In this document: positions 7,271 to 14,448 of the stretch, piece by piece
Numbering within the stretch: the stretch's first letter is position 1
How the letters are laid out: every line of letters begins with the position of its first letter
Virus record (IMG/VR): IMGVR_UViG_3300017658_000231
Coordinates: 1-31,288 of that record
Strand: one strand, 5' to 3'
Length of the DNA stretch: 31,288 nucleotides
Source: a virus
Taxonomy: Duplodnaviria; Caudoviricetes
Position numbers and translations under genes: made by a program
Notes under the pieces: model-generated
Told to the model about the DNA's origin: nothing
The model's database searches: none
Seen by the model: only the letters and a program-made list of their open reading frames with translations

Positions 7271-8917
7271 ATGTTCAAAAACTGGTTCACAAAGAAGTCA
7301 CAAAAGCCTGAAACCTATTCCTCAACTCCGCTCGACGAGTTGATGCGGTTGCAAGCTAATTCTGCTGCTGGCGTGGCGGTCACGGAAACAACCGCACTCA
7401 ATCTTGTCTCCGTCTACGCTTGTGTTCGTGCCATCGCTGAAACATTGGCGTCCATCAGCTTTCCGGTCTATGAGCGACTGGATGGCGGCGGCAAGGGAAG
7501 ACTTCGAGATCATCCGGTTTATCGCCTGCTCAATGTCTCACCGGATGACGAGATTTCTGCGATGCAGTGGCGTGAGAGTGGCATCGGACATTTGCTCACT
7601 TGGGGAAACTGGTACAACGAGATTGAATTCTCCAATGGCGGCGAAGTTCTTGCGGTTCATCTGCTCAATCCAAAAATTGTAACGCCACGAAGAACGAAAT
7701 CAGGACGGATCGAATACAAGCTGGACGGAGTTATTACGCCAATTCCAGCCGAACGAATGCTTCACGTTGCAGGTCTTGGCTACGACGGTTGCGTCGGTTA
7801 TTCACCATGTCGCATGGGCAAGTCAGCAATCTCGCTGGGAATTGCTGCGGAACGCTTCGGGCAAACATGGTTCGGCAATGGAAGTCGAGGACAAGGCTAT
7901 ATCACTCATCCGGGCACTTTGTCAGATCAGGCGAAAGCGAACATCCGAGCGAGCATCGAAGCTGAACATGCCGGACCAGATCAGGCTCATCGCTGGATGA
8001 TTTTTGAGGAGGGAATCCAAGTCGAACAACTGGGAGTTCCACCGGAAGATGCTCAGTTCCTTGCCACGAGATTATTCCAATTGCAGGAAATTTGTCGTCT
8101 CTATCGGATCAGTCCAGCACTCGTTGGCGATCTATCACGCTCGACTTTTTCCAATCAAGAACAGGAGTCCATCAATTTTGTTGTTCACACATTGAGACCG
8201 TGGTGTCGCCGAATAGAAACCCAGATCAATCAACGTCTTTTCAGTCGTGTTGAGCAGGAAACGATCTTCGCCGAGCATCTCTTGGATGGCTTGCTCCGTG
8301 GAGATCAGCAGACCAGATACGCAGCTTATGCAACGGGTCGTCAATGGGGCTGGTTGTCTGCCGATGACATCAACGAACTTGAAAATCGAAATCCGCTACC
8401 TGATGGTCAGGGTAAAGTTTACTTGATACCGCTCAACTTTCAGGACTCCCGAAACCTCATCAAGACCGAACAGCCGACACCAGAACAGCCAGTAGTTCCC
8501 ACGACTCCATCTGACGCAGCGGTCACTGCTTCTCTTGATTGTGTTCAGGACAATATCGACAGGATGTTACGGCGGGAATCGGAAGCCGTCAGGAAAGCAG
8601 CGACCAAGCCCAATGAATTTCTGGACGCTGTTGAGGAGTTCTATTCCTCGTATTCCAAAATTTGTAATCGGGCACTCGAACCCAGCCTGAAAGCATTCGC
8701 TGCCATCAAAGCAGATCAGTTCTCCGATCCAATGCAAAAATTGGATTGTGTCCAGCAGGTGATGGCGGCAACCAGCAACCTTGTTGAATCCGGCAGAAAA
8801 TCCCTGCTTGATCTCTCTGGAACGGTCTCAGCCAAAGACCTGCCCCAAGCGATTGAGAAATGGACCATCGACAGAGCCACGGTCTCTAAGGAAATCATAA
8901 AGGAGATAAGACAATGA
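7271..8917 (+). CDS. Portal protein, HK97 family, with C-terminal extension
   Basis: VYACVRAIAE, HLLTWGNWY, GYSP, DAQFLATR, EICRLYRI, TLRPW, NELENRNP. Confidence 0.95.
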   Translation: MFKNWFTKKSQKPETYSSTPLDELMRLQANSAAGVAVTETTALNLVSVYACVRAIAETLASISFPVYERLDGGGKGRLRDHPVYRLLNVSPDDEISAMQWRESGIGHLLTWGNWYNEIEFSNGGEVLAVHLLNPKIVTPRRTKSGRIEYKLDGVITPIPAERMLHVAGLGYDGCVGYSPCRMGKSAISLGIAAERFGQTWFGNGSRGQGYITHPGTLSDQAKANIRASIEAEHAGPDQAHRWMIFEEGIQVEQLGVPPEDAQFLATRLFQLQEICRLYRISPALVGDLSRSTFSNQEQESINFVVHTLRPWCRRIETQINQRLFSRVEQETIFAEHLLDGLLRGDQQTRYAAYATGRQWGWLSADDINELENRNPLPDGQGKVYLIPLNFQDSRNLIKTEQPTPEQPVVPTTPSDAAVTASLDCVQDNIDRMLRRESEAVRKAATKPNEFLDAVEEFYSSYSKICNRALEPSLKAFAAIKADQFSDPMQKLDCVQQVMAATSNLVESGRKSLLDLSGTVSAKDLPQAIEKWTIDRATVSKEIIKEIRQ

Positions 8918-9525
8918 ACCAAAACATAGAACGATATTTCACAACAAGTCAAATTGAATTCAACAACCCAGACGAGGGAAGCAAATCCGCAGGACGATTG
9001 AGCGGATATGTCACCCGCTGGAACACCTTGTCTCACGATAGAGGCGGTTACAAGGATGTCTTCCGTCCCGATGCCTTCGCCAATCTGGTTGATCCAGATG
9101 CGGACGTGAAGGCGTATCAGGACCACAACTATTCGATCTATCTTGGAAGAACATCCAATCAATCATTGAAACTTTCGATGGATGCTGAGGGCGTCAGGTT
9201 CTCTCTTGACCTGCCGGACACGCAACATGGCAGAGACACCGCTGCCCTGATGTCCCGCAATGATTTCAACGGGATGAGCTTCGGCTATCTCCCCGACAAA
9301 TACCAACTGGTCAGAACACCGGAGGGAATTGTCAGGGAACATACGAGCGGCACACTCATTGAGGTCTCAGTTGTCTTCGACCCAGCCTTTGAGAATTCAT
9401 CTGTTGAACTCAATGCACTGGATGAACCACCGGAAGAAGTCCTGCAAGAGATCAGGGAATTTCTGGCGACACCAAAACTCAATTCTGCCAAGAGAAAATT
9501 GGAACTCGCCAGCATAGATAACTGA
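8914..9525 (+). CDS. Prohead protease, HK97 family
   Basis: LSGY, DHN..YLGRT, GMSFGY, LIEVSVV.DPAF. Confidence 0.92.
   Translation: MNQNIERYFTTSQIEFNNPDEGSKSAGRLSGYVTRWNTLSHDRGGYKDVFRPDAFANLVDPDADVKAYQDHNYSIYLGRTSNQSLKLSMDAEGVRFSLDLPDTQHGRDTAALMSRNDFNGMSFGYLPDKYQLVRTPEGIVREHTSGTLIEVSVVFDPAFENSSVELNALDEPPEEVLQEIREFLATPKLNSAKRKLELASIDN
9513..9520 (+). promoter_or_regulatory. Putative late-promoter box CATAGATA upstream of capsid leader
   Basis: Same octamer as at 11490 and 19596. Confidence 0.4.
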
Positions 9526-9570
9526 GAAATTGATTAGCGTTTAATCAACTCTCTCAAATATCTGGAATAA

Positions 9571-9641
9571 GACGGCGAACTGTCAGCACTCTGGATCAAT
9601 ACAACTTTTGTATCGACCCGCCGACAGTTCGTCGTTTTTTT
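9571..9641 (+). promoter_or_regulatory. Long hairpin with U-tract carrying palindrome copy 9598-9614
   Basis: 9571-9587 pairs with 9620-9636 (two GU, one mismatch); apical AATACAACTTTTGTATC. Confidence 0.6.
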
Positions 9642-9661
9642 GTTGGGTCACTTGGAGGAAG

Positions 9662-10948
9662 ATGAGTTTAACTACTTACAAACAGGATCGTGCGGAACAA
9701 ATCAAGGAAGCACGAGCCATCACGGAACTCGCCGATAACGAAGGGCGAGACCTCACTGCGGACGAACAGGAATTGTTCAACGACCGCATGGAAGCAATCA
9801 AAGGACTGGATGAGAAGATCGCTCGTGGAGAGCGACTTGAAAAGCTGGAAGCCAGCATCAAGGAATCTGCTGGAAGAATTTCCAAGCCCGAACAATTTCA
9901 GAAGGACATCCATCGGGAAATCCAGCGTTACTCTTTGGTTCGTGCCATCCGCTGCCAAGTCGAAGGGAAGAAGCTGGATGGTATTGAAGCCGAAGTATCC
10001 GCTGAGATTGCCAAGCAGTATGGCAAATCACCCGAAGGTTTCTATATGCCATTGGAGCAATATGGAAACCTTGACACCACAACGGGTGCAGGTGCGGTGG
10101 AATCGGTGCATGACATGCCTGAGTTCATCGAACTGCTCAGAGCCAAGATGCTGATGAATGTTCTGGGAGCAAGAGTGCTTCCGGGTCTTGTGGGAAATGT
10201 TCATGTCCCCAGACAATCCGGTGGAGCAACGGCGTACTGGATCAATGCTGATGGCAGCGCAAGCATCACTGGTAGCAACCAGACCTCCGATCAGGTTCCA
10301 TTGTCACCAAGCACAGTTGGTGCAAGCACGACTTACACAAGAGCATTCTTGCGACAGACTTCGCTCGCTGTTGAGCAGTTTGTTCGCAACGATCTCGCAA
10401 CTGTTCTCGCTATCGAACTGGATCGTGTTGGATTCAATGGAAGCGGTTCTGGTGCTGAACCCGAAGGTATTTTGCAGAACAGTTCCGTTTCGACCGTCTC
10501 CATCGGTCTTGATGGTGGTCCAGCAACACATGGAACAGTTGTCGATCTGGAAACGGATGTGGCTGATGCCAATGCTGATTTTGGAAGTTTGGCTTATGTC
10601 ACTTCTCCAAAAGGTCGTGGAATGCTCAAACAAACCATCATCGGCAGCAACACTGCTGCCAAATTCATCTGGGAGAACAACGAGATCAACGGTTATCGTG
10701 CTTTTGCCACGAACCAGATTCCATCGGATTTGACCAAAGGTTCTTATGGAACTGATCTGACTGCAATTTTGTTCGGCAATTTTGCTGACTGTCTCTATGG
10801 ATTGTGGAGCGGAGTTGATGTGGTGGTGAACCCGTACACGGACGATCTCAAGGGAGCGGTCAGAATCACCATGATGCAGGACTGCGATTTTGCACTCAGG
10901 CACACTGGATCGTTCAGCAAGTGCGTCGATCTTGAAACGACTGTCTAA
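9662..10948 (+). CDS. Major capsid protein, HK97 fold with N-terminal scaffold domain
   Basis: Coiled-coil N-terminus, FIELLR, NGSGSGAEPEGIL, NGYRA..TNQIP, LFGNF; SD GGAGG before ATG 9662. Confidence 0.95.
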   Translation: MSLTTYKQDRAEQIKEARAITELADNEGRDLTADEQELFNDRMEAIKGLDEKIARGERLEKLEASIKESAGRISKPEQFQKDIHREIQRYSLVRAIRCQVEGKKLDGIEAEVSAEIAKQYGKSPEGFYMPLEQYGNLDTTTGAGAVESVHDMPEFIELLRAKMLMNVLGARVLPGLVGNVHVPRQSGGATAYWINADGSASITGSNQTSDQVPLSPSTVGASTTYTRAFLRQTSLAVEQFVRNDLATVLAIELDRVGFNGSGSGAEPEGILQNSSVSTVSIGLDGGPATHGTVVDLETDVADANADFGSLAYVTSPKGRGMLKQTIIGSNTAAKFIWENNEINGYRAFATNQIPSDLTKGSYGTDLTAILFGNFADCLYGLWSGVDVVVNPYTDDLKGAVRITMMQDCDFALRHTGSFSKCVDLETTV

Positions 10949-11015
10949 AAGTTTGGTGATGGTCCTCGACCCATCGCCTTGAACTGACCAGCACCATGTC
11001 TGTCTGGTCTCGTTG

Positions 11016-11054
11016 CAAAGGGGTGATCTCGTCTCAGATCACCCCTTTGTTTTT
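11016..11054 (+). terminator. Intrinsic terminator after capsid gene
   Basis: 14-bp perfect stem CAAAGGGGTGATCT/AGATCACCCCTTTG followed by TTTTT. Confidence 0.85.
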
Positions 11055-11057
11055 CAC

Positions 11058-11074
11058 ATTACAATTTTTGTATT
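11058..11074. promoter_or_regulatory. 17-bp palindrome copy (ATTACAATTTTTGTATT)
   Basis: Between terminator and late box. Confidence 0.7.
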
Positions 11075-11080
11075 GGTTTC

Positions 11081-11088
11081 TCTAACTA
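11081..11088 (+). promoter_or_regulatory. Putative late-promoter box TCTAACTA
   Basis: Downstream of a strong terminator, 4 nt before ATG 11093, no SD. Confidence 0.5.
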
Positions 11089-11092
11089 TCAC

Positions 11093-11494
11093 ATGAAACT
11101 CGAACAAATCATCTATCTCTTGGAGCCGACCTTGATCGGCAATAAATGGCTCGAAACCGGCGAACTCGTGGACTGCGGTTGCAGGGAACGAGCGAAGAAA
11201 TTGCAGAATGATGGCATCTGTTTTGTCGTGGCGTGTGCCCCTGCTTTCGCTCAATTTCTCAAAGACAATCCTGATGGCGAATGGATTGAGTGCGAGCAGT
11301 TTCTCGCACGGGTGAAGACATTCCCGCTGGAATGGAGAACTCCCGAATGGGAGGCATTGGTGTCTCAGTTCGATTCCAGTATTGATCGGTTCATCTCGGT
11401 GAACATCACGGTCAATGGTGAGGATGTGGAACCGGAAGTGGTCGAAGAAAAACCCCAGCCGAAGCCCAAGAGGAAACGAGTGAAGAAGTCATAG
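11093..11494 (+). CDS. Hypothetical protein (head region)
   Basis: Position after capsid; basic C-terminal tail. Confidence 0.7.
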   Translation: MKLEQIIYLLEPTLIGNKWLETGELVDCGCRERAKKLQNDGICFVVACAPAFAQFLKDNPDGEWIECEQFLARVKTFPLEWRTPEWEALVSQFDSSIDRFISVNITVNGEDVEPEVVEEKPQPKPKRKRVKKS

Positions 11495-11497
11495 ATA
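11490..11497 (+). promoter_or_regulatory. Putative late-promoter box CATAGATA
   Basis: 4 nt before ATG 11502. Confidence 0.55.
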
Positions 11498-11501
11498 GTG
11501 C

Positions 11502-12071
11502 ATGGAATATCATGTTGTCACCGAACCGACCGAACCCATTGATCTCACACTCGTCAAGACTCACTGTCATATCGACCATGATGTAGAAGACGACTATCTT
11601 TCGCTGCTCATTTCAGCGGCGAGAAAATACGCTGAGAACTACTGCCAGCTTTCAATCGGCGAGCAAACTCTTGTTCTGACAGCCTCAGAATTTCCAAATG
11701 GTATGAGACGACCGGCTGAGAAAATCTATCGCTATCTGCCGCAACCACCACTCATCAGCGTGGATTTTGTCAAGTATTACTCCAACTCGGTCCTGACCAC
11801 TTGGGACAGTTCTGAATACCGGCTTGATCTGTCAATGCCCGGAAATATCGTGCCGGTGAACTGTTTCCCGTCCGTCGATTGCCGACCTGATGCGGTGCAA
11901 ATCCAGTGGGTTGCAGGCAAAACAGCAAGTGAGAACATCAAGCTGGCTTGCCTGATTATGGTCTCACATTGGTATACGACGAGAGAACCGATTGTCACGG
12001 GAACGATTGTGGCGAAAGTTCCGTGGTCGGCTCATGCCCTGCTGGATCGTGAAAAGTGGGGTTCGTACTGA
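11502..12071 (+). CDS. Head-tail connector (gp6/phiE125 gp8-like)
   Basis: EPIDLTLVKTHCHID..EDDYLSLLISAAR..AE, IKLACLIMVSHWYTTRE. Confidence 0.9.
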   Translation: MEYHVVTEPTEPIDLTLVKTHCHIDHDVEDDYLSLLISAARKYAENYCQLSIGEQTLVLTASEFPNGMRRPAEKIYRYLPQPPLISVDFVKYYSNSVLTTWDSSEYRLDLSMPGNIVPVNCFPSVDCRPDAVQIQWVAGKTASENIKLACLIMVSHWYTTREPIVTGTIVAKVPWSAHALLDREKWGSY

Positions 12072-12448
12072 TGGGATCAGGAAAATATCGCTATCGGGTG
12101 CGAGTGCAAGCACCTATCGAAACCATCATCAACGGATCACCAAAATACACTTGGTCCGATCTGGGAACGTACTGGGCAAATGTCAAAGCCATCAGGTCCA
12201 GAGAACCCACCGAGATCAAATCCATTGTTGATCTGACCGTCTATGAGATCACATTGAGATACCTCGACATCACGAGCAAACATCGGATCATCTATGACGG
12301 CAAGGTATTCAATCTCGCTGAGGTGGTTCACGATGAGCGTAAGACGGAAACGATCTGCAATGCGGTCGTTCGTGCTGGCGAATTGCCCAGTGCAAATTTT
12401 GTAATGCAGGCTTCGGGCGGAATCTCCATTGGTGGCAGCTATGTCTAA
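12071..12448 (+). CDS. Head closure protein (SPP1 gp16-like)
   Basis: GKYRYRV.VQ, WSDLGTYWANV, ITLRY, RIIYDGKVFN; TGATG overlap. Confidence 0.88.
   Translation: MGSGKYRYRVRVQAPIETIINGSPKYTWSDLGTYWANVKAIRSREPTEIKSIVDLTVYEITLRYLDITSKHRIIYDGKVFNLAEVVHDERKTETICNAVVRAGELPSANFVMQASGGISIGGSYV
12389..12405. promoter_or_regulatory. Palindrome variant AGTGCAAATTTTGTAAT (intragenic)
   Basis: Both half-sites match variants seen elsewhere. Confidence 0.5.
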
Positions 12449-12926
12449 TGGCTGGCAGGTTTCTGGGATCAAGGAAATTGAGTTTGTTTTTGACAACTTC
12501 ATCAAAAAGGAAGCTCAGAAGATCATCAAGCGTGCCATGAAAACCGAACTGACGCCGATGGCAAATGAGATCAGAGCGAACTTTCCGAAGGACACCGGCA
12601 AGACTGCGAAGGAAATCAAGCCACGCATGAGAACCAAGCGAGGCGTGATCTTTGTTGATATCAGTTCCAAAGACAACAACTACATTCCCAAGTTCATCGA
12701 ATTCGGAACGGTCGATCATGCTGGCAATCAGACTTCCAAACCCTCTTCCATCGGCTCGTTGATCTCAGGTTTGTTTGGAACGACCGACCATGCTGGGAAT
12801 TGGCATATCAAGCCTCATCACACTTTCGGGAATGTCTTCAAACATCGGGGCGAACAGGTCAAGAAGAGAATGATCGAAAGAATCCTGCATGATGCCCAAG
12901 ACAAACTGAATCCATTTAATGATTGA
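12441..12926 (+). CDS. HK97 gp10-like neck/tail component
   Basis: VSGIKE, PKDTG, KFIEFGT, IKPHH; position in gene order. Confidence 0.85.
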   Translation: MSNGWQVSGIKEIEFVFDNFIKKEAQKIIKRAMKTELTPMANEIRANFPKDTGKTAKEIKPRMRTKRGVIFVDISSKDNNYIPKFIEFGTVDHAGNQTSKPSSIGSLISGLFGTTDHAGNWHIKPHHTFGNVFKHRGEQVKKRMIERILHDAQDKLNPFND

Positions 12927-12930
12927 GACT

Positions 12931-12938
12931 CATACATA
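12931..12938 (+). promoter_or_regulatory. Putative late-promoter box CATACATA in ATG-occluding hairpin
   Basis: 5 nt before ATG 12944; stem ACTCATAC/GTATGAGT. Confidence 0.55.
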
Positions 12939-12943
12939 AAAGT

Positions 12944-13330
12944 ATGAGTGCGGAAGTCATTGTCTGGAATCTGGTCAAGGATATCACGGAGCGGGTCTAT
13001 CTCTCGACTGCGCCCCATAACCCCACGAAACCGTTCCTGCTGGTGACGCTGGTGTCGGGCACACATGAGCATGTCTTAGGCGGTGCTGCCGGTGTTCTGA
13101 ATGCCGAGTTCCAGTTCGATGCCATTTCTGATGACCTGCACGACGCCATTGAAATGATCGAGTCGGTAAGAAATATCCTTGATGGATACGCAGACGAGAG
13201 CATTCTCTATTCCACAATCCAGTTGGAGCAGGACATGAGCTTGCCCCCGAATGACAGTTCACCCGACTGGCTCTTTCGCAAAGCTGCTCGCTATATGATT
13301 CGGGTCAAGGAATCGATCCCATCTGCATAA
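12944..13330 (+). CDS. Tail terminator/completion protein (DUF3168-like)
   Basis: RVY..TAP...KPF, FQFD, VRNILDGY; position before tail tube. Confidence 0.8.
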   Translation: MSAEVIVWNLVKDITERVYLSTAPHNPTKPFLLVTLVSGTHEHVLGGAAGVLNAEFQFDAISDDLHDAIEMIESVRNILDGYADESILYSTIQLEQDMSLPPNDSSPDWLFRKAARYMIRVKESIPSA

Positions 13331-13364
13331 ATAAAACAACCACTTATACACGAGGTTGTTTTAT
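13326..13364 (+). promoter_or_regulatory. Late box CATAAATA overlapping an RBS-occluding hairpin
   Basis: Box 13326-13333; perfect 11-bp stem ATAAAACAACC/GGTTGTTTTAT ending at the ATG. Confidence 0.65.
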
Positions 13365-13787
13365 ATGCCACTTAACACATACGCAGGCGCACAATGCACC
13401 TTCTCTTATGACGGAACAGCGATTGGCGGAATTGTCGATCTTGCTCCATCCGGCTTCTCACGTCCCGCTGTCAAAAATACAGCGATGGGCGATACATCCC
13501 AGAGCTATCGAGCATCAACACAATTCGACGGCGGAACTGTCGATGTCACTGTCAATTACGATCCCGCTGACGCCGGACATACCAAACTCAGAACCGATGT
13601 CAGAACGGCAGTCACCGCAGCGAAGGCGTGCGTCATCACTTATCACGACGGCAGCACAGATACGTTCAACGGGTTCGCCACGAACGAAGTCATCAGCAAC
13701 ATGACCAACGATGACACCGACAACTTACAAGCGAAGTTCACGATTCAGGTTGTGGGAGCCAGTGTCTTTGCCGCCGACTCAACATGA
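13365..13787 (+). CDS. Tail tube (major tail) protein
   Basis: DGGTVDVTVNYDPAD.GH, ITYHDGSTDTFNGF; position in gene order. Confidence 0.88.
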   Translation: MPLNTYAGAQCTFSYDGTAIGGIVDLAPSGFSRPAVKNTAMGDTSQSYRASTQFDGGTVDVTVNYDPADAGHTKLRTDVRTAVTAAKACVITYHDGSTDTFNGFATNEVISNMTNDDTDNLQAKFTIQVVGASVFAADST

Positions 13788-13797
13788 TCTTTGACGT

Positions 13798-13814
13798 AAT
13801 ACAACTTTTGCACT
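13798..13814. promoter_or_regulatory. 17-bp palindrome copy (AATACAACTTTTGCACT)
   Basis: Just upstream of the chaperone RBS. Confidence 0.65.
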
Positions 13815-13830
13815 GAACACTTGGAGGAAG

Positions 13831-14151
13831 ATGATTACCAGAGAAACGCTTGATTCGATCAAGCCCAAAGTGAGAACAACCCCGCTCGACATGACCGCCG
13901 AATGGGGCATCACTGTCTTCGTCAAATGTCCCACCGGAGAAGATGAGATTGCACTCAGAACCACCGAAGACCTGATGCGTCATCAGATATGTGTCGGGCT
14001 TTGTGATGAAGAAGGCAACTGTCTGTATCACTATCCCGAAGATGTTGATGCACTCAACAAATTTCCGACGATTGATCTGATGAAGATTTTTGAGGCGATC
14101 AATGATTGCTCCACACTGCGGGGCAAGGTGAACCACGCTAAAAAAAACTGA
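13831..14151 (+). CDS. Tail assembly chaperone (gpG-like)
   Basis: Between tube and TMP; LCDEEGN; ends AKKN at a slippery site. Confidence 0.85.
   Translation: MITRETLDSIKPKVRTTPLDMTAEWGITVFVKCPTGEDEIALRTTEDLMRHQICVGLCDEEGNCLYHYPEDVDALNKFPTIDLMKIFEAINDCSTLRGKVNHAKKN
14142..14148 (+). promoter_or_regulatory. -1 ribosomal frameshift heptamer A AAA AAC
   Basis: -1 frame (CTG AGA GAT GAT CCG TCC GAA ATG...) is open into ORF 14169-14441. Confidence 0.85.
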
Positions 14152-14441
14152 GAGATGATCCGTCCGAAATGTTCGTGATGGATTTATCTCGTCGGTTGAA
14201 TAAGACTTGGCGTGAAACAGTTTCCTTGCTTGAAGATGAGGACGAACTCGTGATGCAACTGGCATACAACCAGATCAAGCCAATGGAAGACTGGTGGGAG
14301 ATGTGGGCTTGCCTCTTCGAGAGTCAGGTTCAGCAAGGGAAGAAGTTCAATCACCTTCAATGGATACCCGGAGAGAAAACACCGCCCAAACCTGTTGATA
14401 GTGAGACGATCAAAAAACGGATGTCCGTACTGAGGACATAG
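14148..14441 (+). CDS. gpT-like frameshift extension of tail chaperone
   Basis: Reached by -1 shift; LSRRLNKTWRE. Confidence 0.75.
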   Translation: MRDDPSEMFVMDLSRRLNKTWRETVSLLEDEDELVMQLAYNQIKPMEDWWEMWACLFESQVQQGKKFNHLQWIPGEKTPPKPVDSETIKKRMSVLRT

Positions 14442-14448
14442 GAGGAGG

